Shown here: one piece after another, positions 22,999 to 32,780 of the stretch
How positions within the stretch are numbered: position 1 is the stretch's first letter
How the letters are laid out: each line of letters opens with the position of its first letter
NCBI GenBank assembly: GCA_963733035.1
Contig: CAVTBU010000007.1
Span: 512,001 to 576,000 of the forward strand
Direction of reading: 5' to 3'
DNA length: 64,000 bases
Source of the DNA: Pirellulales bacterium
GTDB taxonomy: Bacteria; Planctomycetota; Planctomycetia; Pirellulales; PALSA-1355
Position numbers and translations under genes: made by a program
The notes under the pieces: model-generated
What the model was told of the DNA's origin: nothing
Seen by the model: only the letters and a program-made list of their open reading frames with translations
Databases searched by the model: none

Positions 22999-23877
22999 TT
23001 ACGCGGTTTTCCGTCGAGCTCGTAACACGCGGGCATGGCCCGCCAGATCCTTCGCCGTTGGGGCGAGCTCCCAGTTCGGATCGGCCGCCACCAGCGATTC
23101 GACTCGCTGTTGTAGCATAGGGCTGATTTCCAGCAAGAGTGTTCCCCCAGGTCGCAGCCGCTCGGCCGCCTGTGGGATTAGCCGTTCGATGACGCTCAGG
23201 CCGCTCTCGCCAGCAACGAGTGCTAGCTGCGGTTCGTGCTCGCGCACCTCGGGGGCCAACGCCGCAAACTCCGCGGCTGTGATGTAAGGCGGATTGCTGG
23301 CAATGAAGTCGAACCGGCGCTCGGCTGGCAACGCCGCAAACAAATCACTTTCGATAAACTCGACGCGGTCCGAGACTCCCAGTCGTTCGGCATTCTCTTT
23401 GGCCACCGCGAGCGCTGCCCGGCTGAGGTCAATGGCGACCGCCCGCACGCGCGGCGCGTGTTTAGCTACGCTGAGGGCGATGATGCCGCTGCCGGTCCCC
23501 ACGTCGGCGAATTCAAGGGGCCCCTGGTCTGGCACGGACTTGATCAAGTCCAACAGCGCGATCACCAGAAATTCGGTTTCAGGACGCGGAATCAGCACGT
23601 CGGGTGTCACGCGAAAGTCGAGCGAGTAAAACTCGCGGTGTCCCACCAGATAGGCAAACGGCACACCCTCGGCCCGCCGCTTCACCAACGCGCGAAACCG
23701 CGTTCGCAGCACCTCGTCGGCCGGTTGGTCGAAGCTGGTGTAGAGATCCACCCGTTTGCAATCGCGGGCGTGGGCCAATAGCACTTCGGCCTCTAGCCTG
23801 GGGCTCTCGGCGCCGTGCTGCTTGAGATAGTCGCTCGTCCACTGGAGCAATCGCCCGATGGTCCAGTCTTCGGCCAT
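22999..23877 (-). CDS. prmC: release factor glutamine methyltransferase
   Basis: VLIPRPETE, DVGTGSG, SNPPY; directly downstream of prfA. Confidence 0.95.
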   Translation of the reverse strand: MAEDWTIGRLLQWTSDYLKQHGAESPRLEAEVLLAHARDCKRVDLYTSFDQPADEVLRTRFRALVKRRAEGVPFAYLVGHREFYSLDFRVTPDVLIPRPETEFLVIALLDLIKSVPDQGPLEFADVGTGSGIIALSVAKHAPRVRAVAIDLSRAALAVAKENAERLGVSDRVEFIESDLFAALPAERRFDFIASNPPYITAAEFAALAPEVREHEPQLALVAGESGLSVIERLIPQAAERLRPGGTLLLEISPMLQQRVESLVAADPNWELAPTAKDLAGHARVLRARRKTA

Positions 23878-23911
23878 GGCAGCTTCCAGAGGGTTGAGTC
23901 GGTCGAGAGGC

Positions 23912-24994
23912 TTACGCTTCGGAGCCCATCTCGCGGCGGAGTTGTTGCCGATCGTAATCCATCAGGGCGTCGGTGAGCACTTGCATGTCGCCGGCCAGAA
24001 TGGCATCCAGCTTGTAGAGCGTCAAATTGATGCGGTGATCGGAGACCCGATTCTCGGCGAAGTTGTAGGTGCGGATTCGCTGGCTGCGGTCGCCCGATCC
24101 GACGAGCGTCTTGCGTTCGCTCGAGCGCTTGGCATGTTCGGCCTCGCGTTTGGCTTCGTACAGCCGGGTTTTGAGCACGCGGATGCGCTTGGCAAAGTTC
24201 TTGTGCTGGCTCTTTTCGTCCTGGCACTGCACGACGATGCCGGTTTCCAGGTGCGTCAGCCGAATGGCCGAGGCCGTCTTGTTCACGTGCTGACCGCCGG
24301 GCCCGCTGGCACAAAACGTGTCCTTGCGAAAATCCTCGGGCTTCAGGTCGATTTCCACGTCCTCCGGCTCCGGAAGCACGGCCACGGTGGCCGCCGAAGT
24401 GTGAATCCGCCCCTTGGTTTCGGTCTCGGGCACGCGCTGCACGCGATGACCGCCGCTTTCGTATTGCAGCTCGCGGAACACGCCCTCGCCTTCGATGCCG
24501 AGGATGATTTCCTTGAAGCCGCCCAGCTCCGTGGAGTTCATATCCAGAACTTCCATCTTCCAGCCTTTGTTCTCGGCATGGTGCTTGTACATTTCGTACA
24601 GATCGCGAGCGAACAGGGCGGCCTCGTCGCCGCCGGTGCCGGCGCGGATTTCCATCACCACGCGATCGCGCTGGGCGTCTTCGCCGCCGATGGTCATGCC
24701 CAGCAGTTCGTCCCACAGGTTTTCGCGCTCGTGGCGAAGCGTTGGCAGTTCGCCCTCGGCCATTTCGCGTAGTTCGGCGTCGTGTCCCTCGATCATTTCC
24801 TGGGCTTCGCCGATCTGCGCGTTGAGCGACTTGAAGCGTCGATACTTCTTGGCCAGGCGCCCCAGCGAGCCATGTTCGCGCGCGGCGGCAGCCACGAGTG
24901 CCGGCTGGGCCAGCACCTCTGGATCGACGAGCTGGCGTTCCAACTCCTCGAAGCGAGCCAGTTTGTCATCGAGCATGGTGCGCAGTGATGACAC
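23912..24994 (-). CDS. prfA: peptide chain release factor 1
   Basis: [41 protein letters not shown] before GTG. Confidence 0.96.
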   Translation of the reverse strand: MSSLRTMLDDKLARFEELERQLVDPEVLAQPALVAAAAREHGSLGRLAKKYRRFKSLNAQIGEAQEMIEGHDAELREMAEGELPTLRHERENLWDELLGMTIGGEDAQRDRVVMEIRAGTGGDEAALFARDLYEMYKHHAENKGWKMEVLDMNSTELGGFKEIILGIEGEGVFRELQYESGGHRVQRVPETETKGRIHTSAATVAVLPEPEDVEIDLKPEDFRKDTFCASGPGGQHVNKTASAIRLTHLETGIVVQCQDEKSQHKNFAKRIRVLKTRLYEAKREAEHAKRSSERKTLVGSGDRSQRIRTYNFAENRVSDHRINLTLYKLDAILAGDMQVLTDALMDYDRQQLRREMGSEA

Positions 24995-25160
24995 CGGGGG
25001 TGTCCTCCAAAAAGAAAGCGCCTGAATTGACCCTCCGTGGCACCGAACTCTCGAGCATGCAGCCGCGCGGGCTTGGTGTGCGCGGCGGCGGGCAGGCAAA
25101 CAAAAACGCCGCCCACCCGCCAATCTCCGGCAGGCCGCGCGGCGCGATTGTTCTGGTCAG

Positions 25161-25412
25161 CTACGACTCGGTCTTGGCTTCGGCCTTCTTGCCACGCTTC
25201 AGGCTGGCATAACCGGCCGAAGCGAACTTGTTCTTGAACTTCTCGATCCGTCCGGCCGTGTCGACGAATTTCAGCTTGCCCGTGTAGAACGGATGGCAAG
25301 CGTTGCAAATGTCGACCTTCAGCTCGGGACGCGTGCTGCGCGTGGTAAACGAGTTGCCACAGCCGCACTTGACCAAGGTTACGTAGTACTGGGGATGGAT
25401 GTCTTTCTTCAT
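25161..25412 (-). CDS. rpmE: 50S ribosomal protein L31 (Zn-binding type)
   Basis: [29 protein letters not shown]. Confidence 0.96.
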   Translation of the reverse strand: MKKDIHPQYYVTLVKCGCGNSFTTRSTRPELKVDICNACHPFYTGKLKFVDTAGRIEKFKNKFASAGYASLKRGKKAEAKTES

Positions 25413-25603
25413 AACTTTCACCACGACCATTGTAGCCGCCTGGGCAAGACCCAAACGGACCGTAAAAGGCCGCTCCGCGGGAGAAAAAGGCAAACTAAGA
25501 GTTTAGCAATGCAGGGTTTAAGCCACAAGGGGGCCGCTCTGTAATGGCCGCCGCCAACGTGGAAATTCCCGCGGTTTGCGTCCTTTGGATGATCCCTTTC
25601 ATT

Positions 25604-26388
25604 CTCAAGCGGTGTTCGGCGGATTGGTCTTTGTTCGGCCCGATAGCGCACCGCGCGCGGGTCGCCACCGCGCAGGATCGGCCGACGATTGGCCCGATTT
25701 GGAATTTCGAAGATTTTCGAGTGGCTCGGTTTTCGCGCTGCACTTTTTGTGAATCTTTTCATTCCTAAGGGAGGCCGAAAAACCGAACAATTCACCTCCC
25801 CAAATCCTGCATTTGCCCTCGTTTGACCATCAAAAAAACCTCCATCGCCCGAGTCCGAAATCTCCCGACCGTAGCCTAGCCCAATCGCTGGCCCGATTAC
25901 CAGAGACAAACCGAGCAAGCGCTGCCGACGACCATCGGCGGCACGCATTGCAGCGGAAAAACTCCGCCCACGGGTTTCTCGCAAACGGCCGGCACTTCCC
26001 AGGTGCCCGAAGCATTACAATGTTATCCGGAGGCCCGTTCGAGTAGGTCAGGCCCTGGCCTGACGGATGTTCGACAACGCCTCCCCGTCAGGCCAGGGCC
26101 TGACCTACTTTTAATGCGAACGCGAGGATTGAGAAGGTTCCTGAGAGCCGATTCACAGCGATCGTCTGTACAAAATCCATGCTCACAAAACCCATCGCCG
26201 TTTTCTCGCTTAGCGCGCTGCTGCTGCCGATATCCCGTCGCGGCCGCCCGCACGTGAGTTTCTGGCCGGGCCGGCGGCGGCAAAAGTTCCGGCGGCACCT
26301 ATTTTGGAACGGGGGACTCGGGGCGGAAGTGATGGGAGGGTGCCCCAGGTGGTTTCTGGAAAGGGTTTGCATCCCCTTAGGTTACTCT
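25604..26388. repeat. ~0.8-kb non-coding direct repeat, copy 1
   Basis: Near-identical to 28707-29473 (e.g. gattggcccgatttggaatttcgaagattttcgagtggctcgg; aaaaccgaacaattcacctccccaaatcc). Confidence 0.92.
26043..26108. repeat. GTAG-family REP inverted doublet (REPIN-like)
   Basis: GTAG-GTCAGGCCCTGGCCTGAC ... GTCAGGCCAGGGCCTGAC-CTAC. Confidence 0.85.
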
Positions 26389-26449
26389 TGCAATGGGCTG
26401 GCGTGTCGGAAATGAAGACGCGCTTTTGGGCTAGCTGGCGAGGCGTCGA

Positions 26450-27576
26450 ATGCACTTTTTCTGCATAGCCACCGTCTGTGTTGGCAGTGTCTTGGGATCG
26501 GAGTGTGACGAACTCATCAATGCGAACGCGCAATCGCTGAGTCTCATTCGAACAATTGAAGTTGAGTACGAGCTCGAAACGCTTGATCCCTCGGATTCGA
26601 CCGCACTGAAGTCGCAGTGGACTAAAGACGGTGACTTAGAGCGATTTGGTCGCTCACATGAGCCAGACAGAAACTCGGTTGATGTCGTCCAAGACGGTGA
26701 GACTGTACGGCAGTTGCGGAATTGGGTTCCCAATACACCGCTGACTCCGACGTATCAGAATGGCGTTGAGGCAGAGGTGCGGCCACAGACCATTTACCCG
26801 GCGAGCGCAATTTCGCCAGCGTATCAGCTCTGCATGGAACTCTCGGCGGTTCCCAAATGGTCACTTGCCGAGTTGGCCAAAGTATCGCCTCGCACCGAGT
26901 GCAAGGGAAAGGTTGATCGTGGTGGAGAGACATTGTGGCTGATAAAGCTCGAATCGCCCGATGACGCGCCGGCCGAGGAGTCTAAGAATCGCTTCGAAGT
27001 GTTTCTTGATCCGTCTCACGGGTATGCGATTCGTCGTTTGGTCGTGCATCGTGATGAGAAGCTTCCCGATGGGCGTTCACGGGTGTATTCTCATTGTCAT
27101 GAAGTTTTTGAGTACAAGGATTTTGGCGATGGAGTGTTCTTGCCCATTCACGTTAAGCACGGGACGTACTCTGGGGGCGAGGATCTGTGGGAGACGGAGG
27201 TCAAGGTGCGAGTCGCTCGTGTGAATGAGGTCATTCCGCCGGAGAAGTTTGAGTTAAAATGGCCGCAATTCGCAATCGTCAAGTATTTTCCGGCCGTCAA
27301 TGGGCAAGTGAAATTCGACGTATGGGGAAGCGATGGGCCGATTGAAACCTTCGTTGGCAACGTCGATCTAAGGCGTTGGTCGGAGGACCGGCAACGAACT
27401 GATCCAGAGTTTGCGGAGAGTCTAAGTTTAATGGAGCAAAAGCTGCTTCGCACCAACGCTCAAGGAGCTGGCTTTCGAACGTGGTTGATAGCGATCAACG
27501 TATTTGTGTGTGCAGGCGCGGCGCGTACATTTTCCGCCGATTTCTATATCGGCGCCACCGTGAGGTGCTTCCGTGA
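26450..27576 (+). CDS. hypothetical exported protein with C-terminal membrane anchor (cargo)
   Basis: Lower-GC ORF with signal-like N-terminus; C-terminus WLIAINVFVCAGA then YIFRRFLYRR* after a one-base fix near 27520; stop overlaps next GTG. Confidence 0.65.
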
Positions 27577-28619
27577 AGCCGGCAATTCGGCTGTTGCCAG
27601 TCGCGATTTTCTGCGTTGTTTCCATTGGCATTGGATCCGCAATTGCTCGTTGGGCTCGAACACCGAAATCAGTTGTATTTGATCCGCCGACGGTCAACGT
27701 CGAGCGTGAGGTGCTGCACGGTACTCGTCTCGATGTGCGGTTTGAGTTGGTCAATCAGTCGGCTGAAAGGATAGCGATCAGCAAGCTGGTTGGTTCTTGC
27801 GGCTGCATGGTATTGTCCGGTGATAGCGGTCCGCTGCCCACGCCACTAAACATAGAACCAAATGGGCGTACTGCGATTGCAGTGAAGGTGAGAACCGATC
27901 GTGGGAACGGGGTAGGGTCGCGCGACTTTACTGTCATGGCGTATGGAAAGAGTGCAGGCGGCAAGCAAATAGCCGCGGTCGGCAGGATCCAAGTAACTCT
28001 CTTGTCTGGCCTTCAGGCAGAACCTGCATACGTGCTCCTTCGGAATATTAATTCGCAAGATGAGCGGTCTGTCGAAATTGAGGTGGCGGATACTCTGACG
28101 GACCCAGGTGTCCGGATACGCGACGTTGTAGTGAGCGATCCCGCGCGTATGAGCGTTGAATTGAGACAAGCCGCGGGCGCGTCGAAGGTTTTTGGCGACA
28201 GCGGCCTCGGAAGGCAACGCGCCATTCTAGTGCTCAAGTATCGGCCCTGCATAACTGCGGGGCTCGAGCGTGATAAGGTTACCGTTGTGCCGGAAGATCC
28301 CATCTACCCAATCCTGGAGATTCCGGTTGAGTGCTCGGTCGCTGGCCCCGGTTTCGGGTTCGTTCCTAGTAGCCTCACTTTTACCGAGACATTTGACACG
28401 GTCACTCGTGAGATAGCTTTTAAGGCGGATGATTCGGTGACGCTTTCGGTTGAAAAATGCCCGCCTGGCATAGCGGCTAAGATTATCCAGGGGCCTCGCC
28501 GTCGCATCGTTTCGATAACCTGCGAGAAGAATGCATTTCGGAATGGCGACTGCGAATTGGTGTTTCTCGTTGACGGTGTTGCAACGCCTTACTCGCTTCG
28601 AAGTCGCCCAATCGAATGA
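27573..28619 (+). CDS. DUF1573-like Ig-fold membrane-anchored protein (cargo)
   Basis: N-terminal TM; 'FELVNQS..I..LVGSCGC' DUF1573-like signature. Confidence 0.7.
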   Translation: MKPAIRLLPVAIFCVVSIGIGSAIARWARTPKSVVFDPPTVNVEREVLHGTRLDVRFELVNQSAERIAISKLVGSCGCMVLSGDSGPLPTPLNIEPNGRTAIAVKVRTDRGNGVGSRDFTVMAYGKSAGGKQIAAVGRIQVTLLSGLQAEPAYVLLRNINSQDERSVEIEVADTLTDPGVRIRDVVVSDPARMSVELRQAAGASKVFGDSGLGRQRAILVLKYRPCITAGLERDKVTVVPEDPIYPILEIPVECSVAGPGFGFVPSSLTFTETFDTVTREIAFKADDSVTLSVEKCPPGIAAKIIQGPRRRIVSITCEKNAFRNGDCELVFLVDGVATPYSLRSRPIE

Positions 28620-28707
28620 GTGTGCGAGCAGTGCGAGGCATGCGCGCATCGTACCGCCAGAACCGCTCGTCGGCAAGAAAAAAGGTTCGCGTCCCCTTTA
28701 ATTGCTC
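28620..28707 (-). mobile_element. Y1/RAYT transposase 5'-end remnant plus terminal site
   Basis: Minus strand reads site (AAAGGGGACGCGAACCTTT) then ATG CCT CGC ACT GCT CGC ACA (MPRTART); nearly identical to 29572-29660. Confidence 0.7.
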
Positions 28708-29473
28708 TCAAGTGGTGTTCGACGGATTGGTCTTTGTTCGGCCCGATAGCGCAGCCGGCCGTGGGTCGCCACCGCGCTGGATCGGCCGACGATTGGCCCG
28801 ATTTGGAATTTCGAAGATTTTCGAGTGGCTCGGTTTTCGCGCTTCACTTTTTGTGAATCTTTTCATTCCTAAGGGAGGCCGAAAAACCGAACAATTCACC
28901 TCCCCAAATCCTGCATTTGCCCTCGTTTGACCATCAAAAAAACCTCCATCGCCCGAGTCGAAATCTCCCGACCGTAGCCTAGCCCAATCGCTGGCCCGAT
29001 TCCAGAGACAAACCGAGAGCGCTGCCGACGACCATCGGCGGCACGCATTGCAGCGGAAAAACTCCGCCCACGGGTTTTCGCAAACGGCCGGCACTTCCCA
29101 GGTGCCGAAGCATTACAATGTCAGTCGGAGGCTTCGAGTAGGTCAGGCCTGGCCTGACGGATGTTCGACAACGCCTCCCCGTCAGGCCAGGGCCTGACCT
29201 ACTTTTAATGCGAACGCGAGGATTGAGAAGGTTCCTGAGAGCCCCTTCACAGCGATCGGCTGTACAAAATCCATGCTCACAAAACGCATCGCCGTTTTGT
29301 GGTTATCGCGCTGCTGCTGCCGATATCCGTCGCAGCCGCCCCACGATTTCGTCGGCCCGGTGACGGCTAAAGTCGGCGGAACTGTTTTGGAACGGGGACT
29401 CGGGGTGGAAGTGATGGGAGGGTTCTTCAGATGGTCCCAGGAAAAGGTTTGCGTCTTTGCGTCCCCTTAAGTT
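28707..29473. repeat. ~0.8-kb non-coding direct repeat, copy 2
   Basis: Matches 25604-26388 with scattered indels; diverges more in last ~150 nt. Confidence 0.92.
29138..29202. repeat. GTAG-family REP inverted doublet
   Basis: GTAGGTCAGGCCTGGCCTGAC ... GTCAGGCCAGGGCCTGACCTAC. Confidence 0.85.
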
Positions 29474-29518
29474 CTTCCGAGTTGCCGCTGAGCGACAAAT
29501 CAGTGATGTCCGATTTTC

Positions 29519-29672
29519 TACTCGCAGTTGGCGTTGGCCCGATTGAGGATATGATAAACACATCCGCCAGAGTGTGCGAGCCGTGCGAGGCATGCGCGCA
29601 TCGTACCGCCAGAACCGCTCGCCGGCAAGAGAAAAGGTTGGCGTCCACTTTAATTGCTCCCTTTAACTGCTC
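29519..29672 (-). mobile_element. Y1/RAYT transposase 5'-end remnant plus terminal site
   Basis: Minus strand MPRTART/(frame shift)GGCVYHILNRANA, resembling the N-terminus of IS200-like Y1 HUH transposases. Confidence 0.72.
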
Positions 29673-29693
29673 CAATTAGAAGCAGAACTCCTC

Positions 29694-30766
29694 ATGAGCA
29701 GCGTAGAAGATGAAGCAACAAAGCAAGGCGATTTGCTGCGGGACAAAGGCGATCTCGATGGAGCGATAGCTGCTTACACCGAAGGCCATTCGTCTGCATC
29801 CACAAAACGCTCAGTCGTATTTTCGCCGGGGCCAAGCTTACTTGCGAAAAGGCGAATTCAACAAGGCCATCGCCGACTGTAACAAAGCCATACAGCTTGA
29901 TCCGATGATGGCCGAGGCATATTGCTGGCCGGGGTTGCTCCACGGCAGGAACGGCGACCTCGACAAGGCAGCGACTGACTGCACGGAGGCTATTCGCCTC
30001 GACCCGCACATATGCCGAGGCATACTATGTCCGAGGGATGCGTTTTGGGCTGAAGGGTGATTTTGACAGAGCGATTGCTGACTGTACAGACGCTATTCGC
30101 CTCGACCCGAAGTTGCCTCACGCATTTCGAGGGCGAGCCGGTCTTCATGATAGGAAGGGTGAGTTCGACAAGGCGATTGCGGACTGGACGGAGGCATTCG
30201 GCTCGAACCGCAACGTGCGAAGACATATTGGGGTCGAGCCCATGTATATGAAAAGAAGAGCGAGTTCGACAAGGCGATTGCGGATTTCACGGAGTCCATT
30301 CGGCTCGATCCACAGATATGCCGAAGTCTATTGTGGGCGGGCCTATGCTTATTCTAAGAATGGTGAGTTCGACAAGGCTATCGCTGACTACATCGAGGCC
30401 ATCAGACTCGATCCGAAGCATGCCACGGCGTAATAAAACCGTGCCTTGATCTACAGACAAGAAGAGTGAGTTCGACAAGGCGATTGCCGACTTCACCGAG
30501 GTCATTCTGACTGAACCCGAAAGATGCCGAGGCGTACTACAACCGTGGCTGCGCCTACGGCAAGAAGGCTGACTACGACAAAGCGATCACCGACTTTAAA
30601 GAGGCGATTCGGATCAATCCGAAAAATGGGTACACGTTTCTATGCTCGGGGCTGGTGCGTACTGGCAGAAAGACGAGAAAGGCAAAGCCACGCCGATTTC
30701 GCACAAGCCGAGAAACTTGGGATACAAAGCGGGCCAGGTCGACGAACATCAGAGGACGGGGAGTAA
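29694..30766 (+). pseudogene. decayed tetratricopeptide repeat gene (cargo)
   Basis: ~102-nt periodic TTCGACAAGGCGATTGC (FDKAIAD..EAIRLDP); several frameshifts and in-frame stops (30431, 30508). Confidence 0.85.
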
Positions 30767-31086
30767 CTTAAAGGGACGCAAAGGACGCAAGCCTTTTTTC
30801 CGTTTTGTTGCCGGCACGGAACACTGCCGTGCGATGTAGCCTAATGCCGCGCACTGCTTCGTGATACTTCTGGGTGCACATGTTTACTCATCCCGCCATG
30901 GGGCCAGCGAGCACGTTACACGATGGCTACAGATGACCTGCCACGGCCGCCCGCACATGAGTTTTATGCCTGGCAGGCGGCAAAAGTTTCGGCGGCACGT
31001 GTTTCGGAACGGGGACTCGGTGCCGAAGTGATGTGAGGGTTATCCGGGTGGTTCCAGCGAAAGGTTTGCGTCCGCTTAGGTTACTC
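30761..31086 (+). mobile_element. MITE-like internally deleted Y1-transposase element
   Basis: Ends GAGTAACTTAAAGGGACGCAAA and TTTGCGTCCGCTTAGGTTACTC are imperfect inverted repeats; inside are an ATG CCG CGC ACT GCT (MPRTA) remnant and a segment homologous to 26240-26388. Confidence 0.68.
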
Positions 31087-31107
31087 TGGACCAAGACGAT
31101 AGCACAT

Positions 31108-31536
31108 ATGCGGTTATCTCGACTCATAATGGCGCTCGCCCTGATTGGGATGTGCATTGGTGTTGTCATTCTGTTTTTTGCACCGGTTTTGCACTTTGCG
31201 TTTACGATTGACGAGGCGAAGTCAAGATTCCGAAGTAGATCCGCCGAGGCTCGCGAGACGATCGAGTTCGTTTATGGATACTACCTACGTCATTACAAAT
31301 GGCCGACAGAAGCGGAAACGGCCCAAATGGCCGTCAAGCCTCTTCCGCCCGAATGGCACTACGAGAGCCACCCTGACGGTCCGATAATCTATTGTCAGGG
31401 ACCCCACCATATGGCAATTGCCTACTATTTTTCTCCACCAATACGTGGAAAGATAGCCAACGAGTGGGTGTTGTCGGTCGAAGGAACTAAGGAGCGGTTT
31501 TCTTTTGAACGTGAATACACCGCGAATACATTCTGA
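31108..31536 (+). CDS. hypothetical membrane-anchored protein (cargo)
   Basis: Lower-GC ORF, N-terminal TM, starts ~21 nt after terminal site. Confidence 0.65.
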   Translation: MRLSRLIMALALIGMCIGVVILFFAPVLHFAFTIDEAKSRFRSRSAEARETIEFVYGYYLRHYKWPTEAETAQMAVKPLPPEWHYESHPDGPIIYCQGPHHMAIAYYFSPPIRGKIANEWVLSVEGTKERFSFEREYTANTF

Positions 31537-31907
31537 AGAGGAGCCCGTTGCCGCGGTCGTGCTTTCGACGGACCATCGGCGCAGGCTAGGGCGATAGCAC
31601 GTTAGGCAATTTCAAGAGGAAACAAGCGCCAGCGGACCTTAGACACTCGACTCATGCGAGGGTGGCCCGGACAACTTTGTTGTCCAGGTGTCGCAGGCAC
31701 AGGAGGGTCGAGAATTGCCGCGTTGCGCCCAGTTGAAATGGGATCGCGCTGACGACGGCTCCAATTGCTTCGCAACACCGACAACGAGTTGTCCGTGCCG
31801 CCCGCGTTATTTCCGCGCCCGTGCGACAAGGACTTATATACGACTGTTGAATTAGCGTTGTCTAGATCCAAAGGTAGTCCCAAGATGCGCTGGCTCCTGG
31901 GTGTAGT

Positions 31908-32396
31908 TTGGTCGACGGTTTAGCGATCAAGGTGCGAATGCTGCGACATCTGATGCTTAGCGTGTGCCTATTCGCGTTTGGCGCGATCGTATACTACGGT
32001 TGGAGTTTTCTTTCCATCAGGTCGTCATTACATCACGCAACGGCAACCGAGATTGTCGACAGAGTCCGCGTTAGCCTTGAGTCTGCCGACTATATTCGAA
32101 TAACTCCGTATGAGGATGGGCAGCCTGGACGAGTGCGCTTGATAGATGACAAATCCGAATTGCGGCGCTTAGCATCACTCATTGGTGCCGCGTCAGACCC
32201 GGAGGATTGGGCTATCGCTGCCGTATATTCGTGTAGGATCGATGTCTACGGCGATACCCGCGTCACGCTGAATATTGCAGGCGGCTACATGTCTGTGGGC
32301 AATTGGGGAAGCAATTCGCGATTAGTGCGCATGAATGATGAGTCCGTTGATGAACTGGCAAGGCTAGTCGGACATTTGTATGTCATGAACAAATGA
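31908..32396 (+). CDS. hypothetical membrane-anchored protein (cargo)
   Basis: Lower-GC ORF with N-terminal TM; start may be 31938. Confidence 0.6.
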   Translation: MVDGLAIKVRMLRHLMLSVCLFAFGAIVYYGWSFLSIRSSLHHATATEIVDRVRVSLESADYIRITPYEDGQPGRVRLIDDKSELRRLASLIGAASDPEDWAIAAVYSCRIDVYGDTRVTLNIAGGYMSVGNWGSNSRLVRMNDESVDELARLVGHLYVMNK

Positions 32397-32484
32397 GCGT
32401 GTTCTTGTGCAATGGAGGATTGTCGGCACGCATCGCGGGTCATGTTCACGTCTGAACGCTTCGCGTGCCACGGAACGTTCGACG

Positions 32485-32640
32485 GGGGTAGCTAAAGGGG
32501 ACGTAAACCTTGTCCTTGCGAGCGGACGACACTGCCGGTGCGATGCTTACCGCGCCTCGCAGTGCTCGCACGTCACAGTGCGGACATGTTTATCATATCC
32601 GCAATCGGACCAATGTCCGACTGCGGGCGTTTCGCGGGTA
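32485..32640 (+). mobile_element. terminal site plus Y1 transposase 5' remnant
   Basis: CTAAAGGGGACGTAAACCTT followed by PRSARTSQCGHVYHIRNRTN, homologous to the 29519-29672 reverse complement. Confidence 0.7.
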
Positions 32641-32757
32641 CCGCTGGGTCGGACGTGTGCGACTCACGCCTCGGCCCGCTGGATTCGGGGCGACTGTCCT
32701 GCCGGATCCGGGTGGGGCTGTGATGCGGTTCGACGGACGGACGTCCGGTGGATTTCT

Positions 32758-32780
32758 GTCAGGCCAGGGCCGTGACCTAC
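32758..32780 (-). repeat. single degenerate GTAG REP
   Basis: GTCAGGCCAGGGCCGTGACCTAC. Confidence 0.7.

Noticed and set aside
25418..26533. Short ORFs within the duplicated block
   Set aside because: Frames are not preserved between the two copies and there is no protein-like signature.
31540..31923. Polymorphic toxin C-terminal fragment with downstream immunity gene
   Set aside because: Only a short open frame with no RHS or toxin motif; cannot be supported.
25573..32511. CRISPR array or integron attC array
   Set aside because: Repeats are degenerate, occur in both orientations and are 0.2-2.3 kb apart; no cas or intI gene and no RYYYAAC..GTTRRRY attC structure seen.
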